Source of the DNA: Candidatus Micrarchaeota archaeon
Lineage (GTDB): Archaea > Micrarchaeota > Micrarchaeia > Micrarchaeales > CABMGC01
DNA length: 57,529 nucleotides
NCBI GenBank assembly: GCA_021817305.1
Contig: JAKAVL010000028.1
Span: 1 to 57,529, forward strand
Direction: 5' to 3'
In this document: positions 36,719 through 44,749 of the stretch, one piece after another
How positions within the stretch are numbered: the stretch's first letter is position 1
How the letters are laid out: each line of letters begins with the position of its first letter
Position numbers and translations under genes: made by a program
The notes under the pieces: generated by a model
Database searches by the model: none
Told to the model about the DNA's origin: nothing
The model's input: only the letters and a program-made list of their open reading frames with translations

Positions 36719-37237
36719 ATGAATCGCGGAATGATTTTGGGCATTGCTGCAGTGACCATAGTCGTTGCTGCCGTCGCAGTCTATCTCGTGGCCGGCTCTG
36801 CTTCGGCTGCGCAGGCGGTGGCTGTGGGGGACAACGTGACTGTCTATTACACAGGCTCGTTCACCAACGGCACGGTGTTCCAGTCGGACTTCAACAGCAC
36901 GCCATTCAGCTTCATAGCGGGTGCCAATCAGGTAATACCCGGATTCGACAGCGCAATAATCGGGATGAAGGTCAACCAGTCGAAGACAGTGACCATACCG
37001 ATGAATGAGGCTTACGGGCCGGTGGATCCCGCGCTCTTCATCAGCGTGCCGATAAGCGCCTTCGGAAACCAGACGGTCAAGGCCGGGATGGTTTTCTCCG
37101 AGGTAACGCAGAGCGGACAGCAGATGCGGGGAATGGTGACTGCAGTGAATGCGACAAACGCGACTCTCGATTTCAACCAGCCGCTGGCGGGACATGCGCT
37201 CGTGTTCACAATAAAGGTCATCGGAATCAGGAAGTAG
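36719..37237 (+). CDS. membrane-anchored FKBP-type peptidyl-prolyl isomerase
   Basis: N-terminal TM helix (ILGIAAVTIVVAAVAVYLVA), then VTVYYTGSFTNGTVFQSDF...VIPGFDSAIIGMKVNQSKTVTIP. Confidence 0.8.
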   Translation: MNRGMILGIAAVTIVVAAVAVYLVAGSASAAQAVAVGDNVTVYYTGSFTNGTVFQSDFNSTPFSFIAGANQVIPGFDSAIIGMKVNQSKTVTIPMNEAYGPVDPALFISVPISAFGNQTVKAGMVFSEVTQSGQQMRGMVTAVNATNATLDFNQPLAGHALVFTIKVIGIRK

Positions 37238-37304
37238 AATCCCAACAGCCCTTCCGGTCTTGTATCCGCAATCACGTTTTCTATGGCAAACCTATAAATA
37301 TGTT

Positions 37305-37322
37305 TATGAATATATATTCATA
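37305..37322. promoter_or_regulatory. perfect 18-bp palindrome between the TATA box and the DUF5320 start (candidate operator)
   Basis: TATGAATATATATTCATA. The TATA box cctataaata (37291-37300) lies immediately upstream, with the ATG at 37336. Confidence 0.4.
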
Positions 37323-37335
37323 ACAGGTGAATGTG

Positions 37336-37605
37336 ATGCCAAGAAGAGATGGAACAGGACCGTATGGGGAAGGACCATGGACAGGAGGGGGCTTCGGATC
37401 TTTCGGCCATGCGCATCGGCACATGCAGCATGGCTACTGGGGTCGCGGGTACGGACAGAGGCGCTGTGGGTGCTGTGCGGGCGCTGCGGCCGAGCTGACA
37501 AAGGAGGAAGAGGGGAAGATCCTCAGGGCTAATATCAAGGACCTAGAAGACGAAAAAGCCGGCATAGAGAAGAGGCTCAGGGAACTTGAAGAAGGCAGAG
37601 AGTGA
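37336..37605 (+). CDS. DUF5320-family protein
   Basis: MPRRDGTGPYGEGPWTGGG N-terminus plus a C-terminal coiled coil (KILRANIKDLEDEKAGIEKRLRELEE). Confidence 0.65.
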   Translation: MPRRDGTGPYGEGPWTGGGFGSFGHAHRHMQHGYWGRGYGQRRCGCCAGAAAELTKEEEGKILRANIKDLEDEKAGIEKRLRELEEGRE

Positions 37606-37612
37606 GCACCGG

Positions 37613-37906
37613 ATGCCGAGGCCCGTGCGCTGCAGGGCAGTTGGATTCTCCCCGGGGGTTAGTTATTTCAAGCCCCGGGGCGTGCCCCTGTACAGACTCG
37701 ATGAAGTAATACTGTATGTTGATGAGCTTGAAGCCGTCAGGCTGAGCGACCTTGAGGGTATGCAGCAGGAAGAATGCGCCAGGAGTATGAACATATCGCA
37801 GCCGACATTCCACAGGACGGTGCGCTCGGCCAGGAAGAAGATTGCAGATGCCATAGTGAAAGGAAAGGCGATAAGGATAGAAGGCGGAAACTTTGTGCTT
37901 GTTTGA
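37613..37906 (+). CDS. DUF134 (UPF0251) DNA-binding protein
   Basis: MPRPVRCRAVGFSPGVSYFKPRG...DELEAVRLSDLEGMQQEECARSMNISQPTFHR has a sigma-70 region-4-like HTH. Confidence 0.75.
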   Translation: MPRPVRCRAVGFSPGVSYFKPRGVPLYRLDEVILYVDELEAVRLSDLEGMQQEECARSMNISQPTFHRTVRSARKKIADAIVKGKAIRIEGGNFVLV

Positions 37907-37915
37907 GGTCATTAC

Positions 37916-38233
37916 ATGATAATAGGCGTACCGAGCGATGACGCGCTGACAGTGAGCGACCATTTCGGGAGATCGAAGACGTTCGTGCTGATCGAACTGT
38001 GGAACGGCAGGGAGCGCAGAGAGATTGTCGACAATCCGCACAACAGCGAGCCCAACGAGAAGAGAGGACATGGAAGGCTTCTCAAGATGCTTGCCGAGAA
38101 CAGGGTCAATATGGTAGTCTGCGTGAACCTGAATCCTAGGATGCAGAAGAATTTGGAGAGCATGCACATAGCTGTTACAAGATGTGAGCCCGGCTCCAGG
38201 ATAGATGCCATAATTGACCCGCTGCGCGGGTAG
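37916..38233 (+). CDS. NifB/NifX-like (dinitrogenase FeMo-cofactor-binding fold) protein
   Basis: IIGVPSDD...VSDHFGRSKTFVLIE...GHGRLLKMLAENRVNMVVC is the typical Nitro_FeMo-Co domain pattern. Confidence 0.65.
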   Translation: MIIGVPSDDALTVSDHFGRSKTFVLIELWNGRERREIVDNPHNSEPNEKRGHGRLLKMLAENRVNMVVCVNLNPRMQKNLESMHIAVTRCEPGSRIDAIIDPLRG

Positions 38234-38238
38234 TGCGC

Positions 38239-39168
38239 CTACTTGTGCCTGCGGGAGAGCGCCCTGTAGGCGATGACTGCTGCAACAGCCGATATTATTA
38301 TCCCGGCAGCCCCTGCCGTTATTATTCCAAACGCTTCAGACTGTGTGAACTGCACTGCGCCCTGCTGCGTGGCGTTGCCCTGCGCGCTTGCAGCCGTGAC
38401 GCTGGCGGGCGCGCTGGCATTTAACGGAAAGAGCCAGAAGGTGCCCAAAGTGGCCCTGGACATGCCTTGCTGCGGCGCCACAATCATTGGATTATAGGTG
38501 TACTCTCCGACGACGCTGCCGTTCTCGACGTCTATGTAAAGCCCGGGATATACCCTATTCGGATATGCGGTATGGTTCGCCAGCGGGCTGCCGCCGGTAA
38601 CCGCCCACACCACTGAATATCCGGTTAGCGCGCTGGCGGTTGTTGCGTTGCCCTCTGCCGCAGAGATTGACGCGGTGCCGTTTGCCACGCCGTACAGAGA
38701 TGCCGTCGAAGTGGCGTTGTATGCAGGCACTCTTATCACATATGGCTGGCTGGGCCCGTAATACTCTACGACACCGTTGCCCTTGTCAAGAGTAATTGTT
38801 ATTCCCAGGGTGCGCACTGCGGCGATCCCGAAGGCGCCGCTCGTCGTGCTGCCGTTTGGATATGGTATCCGGTATGAGAAGAATAGCGATGTCTGGTTTG
38901 TCGAGCTGGAATAGAAGCCGCCGGTGTAGTTGGCATAGCTGGAGTAGTAGCCCTCGCCGAGGCGCCCTATCAGGTAGCTCTCGCCTGCGAGTATGGATTG
39001 CTCGCTTGCATTGGCGACGGTGAAGTTCCCGGCAACGCTCCCTGACGTCGCGTTTCCTGTAGAGGAATTCCCCAATATCGGGGTAGGGAAGCGGGTGCTG
39101 GGCTGCGCACAGATTACCCCGGTGAGAGCAATCAGCGCTGCAAATGAGAACAGGGTTGCGGCTCGCAT
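38239..39168 (-). CDS. exported glycoprotein-like protein with a C-terminal TM anchor
   Basis: Signal peptide MRAATLFSFAALIALTGVICAQP, many sequons, C-terminal FGIITAGAAGIIISAVAAVIAY followed by RALSRRHK. Confidence 0.55.
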   Translation of the reverse strand: MRAATLFSFAALIALTGVICAQPSTRFPTPILGNSSTGNATSGSVAGNFTVANASEQSILAGESYLIGRLGEGYYSSYANYTGGFYSSSTNQTSLFFSYRIPYPNGSTTSGAFGIAAVRTLGITITLDKGNGVVEYYGPSQPYVIRVPAYNATSTASLYGVANGTASISAAEGNATTASALTGYSVVWAVTGGSPLANHTAYPNRVYPGLYIDVENGSVVGEYTYNPMIVAPQQGMSRATLGTFWLFPLNASAPASVTAASAQGNATQQGAVQFTQSEAFGIITAGAAGIIISAVAAVIAYRALSRRHK

Positions 39169-39241
39169 GGATTACTAACGGAGTGAATATATAAAGAGGT
39201 TGCCGTGGTTTCGGTTAGATCCACGCTTCCTGTGCCGGGAT

Positions 39242-39487
39242 TTACGCCGTGGCCCCTGAGAAGCAGCTTGACGTCTCCCTGCTGCGCTTGCTCATGAGAA
39301 TGCGGGAGACGTCTGGATTGAATCGCAGGGTGGATTCCCTGATCCGGGTTTCCATGGTTATTACTGAATATCCCTTAGGGAGCGCGTCATGCCCAGTCGG
39401 CGCTGCATCGATCTTTATTTCCACGGGCTCGGCTCCCCTCGCGGCCTGAACGAGTATGTTCTTTGGTGGTTTCTTCTTTACAGCCAT
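39242..39487 (-). CDS. hypothetical small protein
   Basis: Start taken at MAVKKKPPK (39487). A TATA box flanked by a 7-bp inverted repeat lies upstream. Confidence 0.4.
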   Translation of the reverse strand: MAVKKKPPKNILVQAARGAEPVEIKIDAAPTGHDALPKGYSVITMETRIRESTLRFNPDVSRILMSKRSRETSSCFSGATA

Positions 39488-39510
39488 CCCATCACCCCAT
39501 TCATTTTGCA

Positions 39511-39537
39511 CTCTACATATTTATAGCTTGTGTAGAG
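39511..39537 (-). promoter_or_regulatory. TATA box embraced by the 7-bp inverted repeat CTCTACA-N13-TGTAGAG
   Basis: ctctaca tatttatagcttg tgtagag. The minus strand reads ctataaata about 35 nt upstream of ATG 39487. Confidence 0.35.
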
Positions 39538-39676
39538 ACAAACGGGCCGGACCGCGCGGCATGCGCGGCGCATCGCTCCGACGCAAACATGGCTCAGGTT
39601 CTTAAGCGAAACGCCGGGATCCTTTTAGCTACGTCCTCCGCGGGTGCGCGAAGGTTTAAAAGCGTGTGCATTGAAA

Positions 39677-39724
39677 ACACAAGGGCTTGTGGTTTTATAA
39701 ACAGCAAACCACAATATATAGATG
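39677..39724 (+). promoter_or_regulatory. two NrdR-box-like 16-bp palindromes with 32-bp centre-to-centre spacing, bracketing the nrdD TATA box
   Basis: Box 1 is ACACAAgggcTTGTGg (39677-39692). Box 2 is cCACAATATATAGatg (39709-39724). Compared with the remembered consensus acaCwAtATaTwGtgt. TATA ttttataaa lies at 39693-39701 and the nrdD ATG at 39741. Confidence 0.55.
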
Positions 39725-39740
39725 TATACCGGGTTTGGCA

Positions 39741-41762
39741 ATGATAAAGGAAATCGTGAAGAGGGATGGGAGTGCAGTGAAATTCGACAGCGCGAAGATA
39801 CTGGGGGCCATAGAGAAGGCGATGCATGCCTCGGGCTTCAGGAACGGGGTTATCAAGGAGCGCGCGGGAAAGCTGGCGGACGAGGTCGTCGCGGAGCTTG
39901 AGAAAAACTACGAGAGACCGACCATCGAGCAGATACAGGACATGGTGGAGATGGTGCTCATAAAGAACGGACTTGCAGACCTCGCGAAGGCCTACATAAT
40001 ATACAGGAAGCAGCACCAGGACCTCCGCGAGAGCATATCCATAGCCGAGCATCTCGACTTCGTTGACAGCTACATAAACGAGCAGGACTGGATGGTGAAG
40101 GAGAACGCTAACATGGGATACTCGCTGCAGGGGCTCAACAACTACATCACCTCTAAGATCACGTCCACGTACTGGCTGAATAAGATCTACTCGGAGGAGG
40201 CGAAGCGCGCGCACAAGGACGGCGACATACACATACATAACCTGAACCTGCTCGGCGCGTACTGCGTGGGCTGGGACATCAAGGACATACTCATAAGGGG
40301 CTTCAGGGGCGCCCCAGGGAAGATAGAGTCCAAGCCCGCCAAGCACTTCCGCACGGCGCTCATGCAGATAGTCAACTTCTTCTACACGCTGCAGGGCGAG
40401 AGTGCCGGAGCGCAGGCGCTGTCCAACTTTGACACGTACCTTGCGCCTTTCATAAAGTTCGACGGGCTGACCTACCCCGAAGTGAAGCAGGCGCTGCAGG
40501 AGTTCCTGTTCAACATAAACGTTCCCACGCGCGTGGGCTTCCAGACCCCGTTCACCAACCTTACAATGGACCTCGAAGTGCCGGGGTACATAGCCAACGA
40601 GCCCGTCATCATAGGCGGGAAGTTCACAGACCGCAAGTACTCTGAGTTCCAGAACGAGGTCGACATGCTCAACCAGGCGTTTGCGGAGGTGATGACGGAG
40701 GGCGACGCGTCTGGCAGGGTCTTCACGTTCCCTATACCCACGTACAACATAACAAAGGACTTCGACTGGGACAACCCGAAGTACAACCCCATCTGGGAGA
40801 TGACAGGGAAGTACGGCATACCATATTTCTCCAACTTCATAAACAGCGACATGAAGCCAGAGGATGCGCGCAGCATGTGCTGCAGGCTGCGAATCGACAA
40901 CCGCGAGCTGAAGAAGCGCGGAGGCGGCCTCTTCGGCGCTAATCCGCTGACGGGGTCCATAGGCGTGTTCACCATCAACCTGCCGAAGATAGGCTACCTC
41001 TCGAGCAGTGAGGGGGAGTTCATAGAGAGGTTGGGAAGGATGATGGACATATGTAAGGGCGCCCTGGAGATAAAGCGCAAGACAATAGAGAGGTTCACGG
41101 AGCGCGGGCTTTATCCCTACTCGAAGTACTACCTATCTGGAATAAAGCAGGCCTATGGCCAGTACTGGAAGAACCACTTCTCTACGATAGGCATAGTGGG
41201 CATGAACGAGGCCTGCGTGAACCTGCTGGGCAAGGACATAGCGAGCCCCGAGGGCAAGGCCTTCGCCCTGCGCGTGCTCGATTTCATGCGCGCACGCATG
41301 GAAACCTACCAGCTGGAGACGAACAGCATATACAACCTAGAGGCCACGCCCGCGGAGGGCACTAGTTACGCCCTCGCGAAGAGAGACAAGGAGCTCTACA
41401 GGGACATCATCGTCGCAAACGAGGAGGCATACAGGAACAGGGGAGCTGCTCCTTACTACACCAATTCATCTCACCTGCCGGTGGGCTACAGCGACGACGT
41501 ATTTGAGACATTGACGCACCAGGACGAGCTGCAGGTGAGGTACACAGGAGGCACGGTCATACACGTCTTCGTTGGCGAGTCGATGCCAACGATCGAGTCT
41601 ACCAAGAGGCTCGTGAGGAAGATCTCTGAAAACTTCCGCCTTCCGTACTACACGCTCACCCCGACGTTCAGCATCTGCCCCAAGCATGGATACCTTGCCG
41701 GAAGGCACGAGTACTGTCCGAAGTGCGATGCCGACCTTATGTTGAAAAAAGTGGTAAAATGA
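39741..41762 (+). CDS. nrdD: anaerobic (class III) ribonucleoside-triphosphate reductase, large chain lacking the glycyl-radical segment
   Basis: N-terminal ATP-cone (IVKRDGSAVKFDSAKILGAIEKA), NrdD core, and a C-terminal Zn-ribbon-like CPKHGYLAGRHEYCPKC. Start at ATG 39741, not the ORF-track start at 39687. Confidence 0.9.
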   Translation: MIKEIVKRDGSAVKFDSAKILGAIEKAMHASGFRNGVIKERAGKLADEVVAELEKNYERPTIEQIQDMVEMVLIKNGLADLAKAYIIYRKQHQDLRESISIAEHLDFVDSYINEQDWMVKENANMGYSLQGLNNYITSKITSTYWLNKIYSEEAKRAHKDGDIHIHNLNLLGAYCVGWDIKDILIRGFRGAPGKIESKPAKHFRTALMQIVNFFYTLQGESAGAQALSNFDTYLAPFIKFDGLTYPEVKQALQEFLFNINVPTRVGFQTPFTNLTMDLEVPGYIANEPVIIGGKFTDRKYSEFQNEVDMLNQAFAEVMTEGDASGRVFTFPIPTYNITKDFDWDNPKYNPIWEMTGKYGIPYFSNFINSDMKPEDARSMCCRLRIDNRELKKRGGGLFGANPLTGSIGVFTINLPKIGYLSSSEGEFIERLGRMMDICKGALEIKRKTIERFTERGLYPYSKYYLSGIKQAYGQYWKNHFSTIGIVGMNEACVNLLGKDIASPEGKAFALRVLDFMRARMETYQLETNSIYNLEATPAEGTSYALAKRDKELYRDIIVANEEAYRNRGAAPYYTNSSHLPVGYSDDVFETLTHQDELQVRYTGGTVIHVFVGESMPTIESTKRLVRKISENFRLPYYTLTPTFSICPKHGYLAGRHEYCPKCDADLMLKKVVK

Positions 41763-41959
41763 CGACAATGGAACAAGTGGTTGTGACGACAAGCATGGAA
41801 GACCTTGAGGAGAAGCGCACCAGGTGCGAGGTTTACTCGCGCATAGTCGGGTATCTGCGCCCGGTGAACCAGTGGAATGTAGGCAAAAGAGAGGAGTTCC
41901 AGGACCGGAAGACGTACGACAAGACAAGAGAGGAGTACTCACAGTGCGAGCAGTGCTGA
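41759..41959 (+). CDS. stand-alone glycyl-radical domain of NrdD (66 aa)
   Basis: Contains EVYSRIVGYLRPVNQWNVGKREEFQDRKTY, the RxxGY glycyl-radical signature of class III RNR. The ATG overlaps the nrdD TGA (ATGA), in the -1 frame relative to nrdD. Confidence 0.7.
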   Translation: MTTMEQVVVTTSMEDLEEKRTRCEVYSRIVGYLRPVNQWNVGKREEFQDRKTYDKTREEYSQCEQC

Positions 41960-41962
41960 TCC

Positions 41963-42676
41963 ATGGAAATATGCGGATTCCAGCGCGTGAGCCTGATTGA
42001 CTACCCCGGAAGGATTGCATCCATTGTATTTGTTCCGGGATGCAACATGCGCTGCCCATTCTGCCACAACTCAGACCTTGCCCTCAGGAACTACGGCAAG
42101 CTGAATGTTTACAGGGAAGAAACAATACTGCGCAAGCTCCACGATGCAAGCAGGTTCATTGATGGAGTGGAGATAACTGGCGGGGAGCCCACGCTGCAGC
42201 AGGGCCTCGTTGATTTCATAGCAGAGTGCAAGGACATGGGACTTCTTGTGAAGCTCGACACCAATGGCAGCAATCCAGGTAAGCTTCGCGAGCTCCTCGA
42301 GAAGAAGCTGGTTGACTATGTTGCGATGGACGTGAAGACCGCGCTCGATGCAGGGAAGTACACCAAGGCCATAGGAGTCAGCAACGCAGCCATGCTCAAG
42401 AACATAGACGAGAGCATAAGCCTGCTGCTGAACTCAGGCATAGAATACGAGTTCCGTACGACCGTCGTGCCGGGCCTTGTGTCTGCGGAGGACCTGAAGT
42501 CAATAGCGCAGAGGATAAAGGGCGCAAAGGCCTACTACCTGCAGCAGTACGTGGCGCACAACACCCTCGATCCAAGCTACGAGAAGGTGCTGCCGTACAG
42601 CGACAAGGTGCTGCAGGACGCATGCAACGAGATAAGGCAGGAGGGCCTTATTGTATATTGTAGTATAAGGTCATAG
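41963..42676 (+). CDS. nrdG: anaerobic ribonucleotide reductase activating protein (radical SAM)
   Basis: VSLIDYPGRIASIVFVPGCNMRCPFCHN (CxxxCxxC cluster) and GVEITGGEPTLQ. Confidence 0.9.
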   Translation: MEICGFQRVSLIDYPGRIASIVFVPGCNMRCPFCHNSDLALRNYGKLNVYREETILRKLHDASRFIDGVEITGGEPTLQQGLVDFIAECKDMGLLVKLDTNGSNPGKLRELLEKKLVDYVAMDVKTALDAGKYTKAIGVSNAAMLKNIDESISLLLNSGIEYEFRTTVVPGLVSAEDLKSIAQRIKGAKAYYLQQYVAHNTLDPSYEKVLPYSDKVLQDACNEIRQEGLIVYCSIRS

Positions 42677-42724
42677 ACTAAGATATCTAAATATTTATTA
42701 AGTTTCTGTTATAAAATATATAGT

Positions 42725-42958
42725 ATGGAGGTCATTTACACGATCCATGCGGAGGAGAAACTCCTAGAGAGAGAATTTGAAAAATCTGCGATAGAGGAGA
42801 CCTTAGAGAAACCGGATAGGATTTTTACATCTAGATTAGGCAGGATGATAGCGCAAAAAGCCATGGAGGATAGGTCACTACGCGTAGTTTATGAAGTTGA
42901 AGGAAGTGTTTATATAGTCATAACGGCATATTATACTAAACGTGGGAGATATGAGTGA
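42725..42958 (+). CDS. DUF4258-family toxin-like protein
   Basis: IYTIHAEEKLLEREF...LRVVYEVEGSVYIVITAYY. AT-rich. Paired with a DUF2283-like gene. Confidence 0.6.
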   Translation: MEVIYTIHAEEKLLEREFEKSAIEETLEKPDRIFTSRLGRMIAQKAMEDRSLRVVYEVEGSVYIVITAYYTKRGRYE

Positions 42959-42964
42959 TTTGCT

Positions 42965-43186
42965 ATGAAAGTTACTTATGATAAGAAGGCAGATGCCGCG
43001 AATTTTGTATTCCAGAGCGGCAAGTATCACATAAGCAAGGAGATAGGAGATGGGGTTATAGTCGACTACACAAAGGACGGCAAGATACTGAGCATAGAGA
43101 TACTTGATTTCTCGAAGAGAATGCCCAAGGGCAGCATAAAGGATACTCTAACCAGCAAAAAGGTCGAACTGTTGGCTATGTCCTGA
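42965..43186 (+). CDS. DUF2283-family antitoxin-like protein
   Basis: MKVTYDKKADAANFVF...VIVDYTKDGKILSIEILDFSKR is the typical DUF2283 pattern. Confidence 0.65.
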   Translation: MKVTYDKKADAANFVFQSGKYHISKEIGDGVIVDYTKDGKILSIEILDFSKRMPKGSIKDTLTSKKVELLAMS

Positions 43187-43198
43187 TTTCGTCCGTCT

Positions 43199-43225
43199 GC
43201 TGCCGTGGCGTGAGGCAGCCTTTTT
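43199..43225 (+). terminator. hairpin plus T-tract after the DUF2283 gene
   Basis: gctgcc-N9-ggcagc followed by cttttt. Confidence 0.4.
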
Positions 43226-43235
43226 AGCGAGTGCC

Positions 43236-43646
43236 ATGCGAAGACATACCATGAAGCCAGCAAAATGCGTCGATTTCATCATGCTGAGGAGAGGGAAGTT
43301 CCTCGTGGAGAAGAGGCGCGTGGACGACGACACGGATCCTGGCCTTATCGAGATTCCAGGAGGCCATATCGAGCCCGGAGAAGCGTTCGAGGATGCGCTG
43401 AAGCGCGAATGCGGGGAGGAGCTGGGCGTTGTACCGATCGAGTACAGCTTCGTGCACAAAGGGCTTTACCAAGCTACCTCTGAGCTGCAGGAGCTCAATT
43501 ACTGCGTTGTGACAGAGTGGTCCGGGAGGATAAAGGGCTCAGAGGCCGAATCGCACAAATGGCTCACCTTGAAGCAGATTGACAAGCTCGACATACAGAT
43601 AGACAGAGACGCGATGAGGCGGGTTCTTGAACGTGTCAGGTCATGA
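43236..43646 (+). CDS. Nudix hydrolase
   Basis: The Nudix box is GGHIEPGEAFEDALKRECGEELGV. The start may be ATG 43251. Confidence 0.85.
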   Translation: MRRHTMKPAKCVDFIMLRRGKFLVEKRRVDDDTDPGLIEIPGGHIEPGEAFEDALKRECGEELGVVPIEYSFVHKGLYQATSELQELNYCVVTEWSGRIKGSEAESHKWLTLKQIDKLDIQIDRDAMRRVLERVRS

Positions 43647-44648
43647 CTTTGCCCGTATCTGATTCCTGCCCTTCCTCCTTACCTCGCGGATTAGTAGGAG
43701 TATGTTTCCTATGCCTATGACCCCTACTACGACAAGCACCAGCACTGTCGCAACGCCCACCGAATCCAGATTAGGTATAGGGTTGCCGGTGCTTACTGCA
43801 AACTGGTCTATGACAGGAAAGAGGAGTATCAGCGCGCCTATGATTGCGAATGCCATTCCCCCGTAGTACAGCGTCCTGCCGGCCGTCTTCCTTCCCACGA
43901 ACTTCATCTGGTTCTCCGACAAACCTGATGACACTGCGAAGTTTGCGAACAGCGCGCCGAGCACTATCTGCATCACCATTGTTCCCAATCCGAAGAAAAG
44001 GCCCGGAAGCGGAGCATATATCAGGCTCGGAACCTTTGGCGCAAGTATAAGCACTACTATGGTGGAATATGCGCCGAAGCCCCAGCCCGCAACAAATCCG
44101 TGCAGCACCGCAAGCTTTATCGGCACCGGCTTCGGGTCTGATTCGTGCATTGGGACCCGCTCCGCGTGCTCTGTGTGGTGGATTTTGCCCTTGAACAGAA
44201 GATCCAGAGGTATGTGCAGGTACTGCCTCTTATTCAGTATGTACATGCCGGATATGGCCATCACTATGCCCACGATCACGTACACGGGGCCATCAAGGTT
44301 GAACTGCTGGTATATCACCGCGAGGCCTATGAATCCGAGGGTGGTGAGTATTGCGCGCTGCATGGTGAAGCCAGCGGAGAAGGCGAAGCCCGCCTTCATT
44401 CCCTTCCTTGTGCTGTAGCTTCCTATGGCGTAGCTGAAGGTTATGGGCCAGGTGTGCTCATCCGGCGTAATCCCGTGCAGTATGCCCAGTATGAAGGTTA
44501 TGACCAGTATGGCGCCCAGCGCCATCTGCCCGGTGCCCGGGTTGAAGAGAGAGGAGGACACGGAGCTGTCCAGGCTTATGTACAGGACAGCCGCGGCAGC
44601 CAGTATTATCACGGCTGCCAGTGTTACGTTCAGAAGCCTCATGCTCAA
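43641..44648 (-). CDS. NicO/RcnA-like nickel/cobalt transporter
   Basis: Polytopic. ILGILHGITPDEHTWP resembles the HxxxPGHxK/HX4DH-type signature helix. His-rich central loop KIHHTEHAERVPMHESD. Divergent from the nikR-like gene. Confidence 0.55.
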   Translation of the reverse strand: MSMRLLNVTLAAVIILAAAAVLYISLDSSVSSSLFNPGTGQMALGAILVITFILGILHGITPDEHTWPITFSYAIGSYSTRKGMKAGFAFSAGFTMQRAILTTLGFIGLAVIYQQFNLDGPVYVIVGIVMAISGMYILNKRQYLHIPLDLLFKGKIHHTEHAERVPMHESDPKPVPIKLAVLHGFVAGWGFGAYSTIVVLILAPKVPSLIYAPLPGLFFGLGTMVMQIVLGALFANFAVSSGLSENQMKFVGRKTAGRTLYYGGMAFAIIGALILLFPVIDQFAVSTGNPIPNLDSVGVATVLVLVVVGVIGIGNILLLIREVRRKGRNQIRAKS

Positions 44649-44696
44649 CCTCCAGGAATGTTATGCACGTTAAAGTTAATAAATCTTTCCTTAAAT

Positions 44697-44731
44697 GTTA
44701 ATAATTACAAAATAGGCGAAATATTATTAAC
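44697..44731. promoter_or_regulatory. candidate NikR operator: perfect 9-bp inverted repeat with a 17-bp spacer
   Basis: GTTAATAAT-N17-ATTATTAAC in the 101-bp divergent intergenic region. A third GTTAATAA half-site lies at 44675-44682. Confidence 0.45.
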
Positions 44732-44749
44732 TTTGCCTGCATAGAGGAT

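Noticed and set aside
39594-40346. 250-aa minus-strand ORF.
   Set aside because: It is antisense to nrdD and has a reverse-frame composition rich in Leu, Val, Arg and His.
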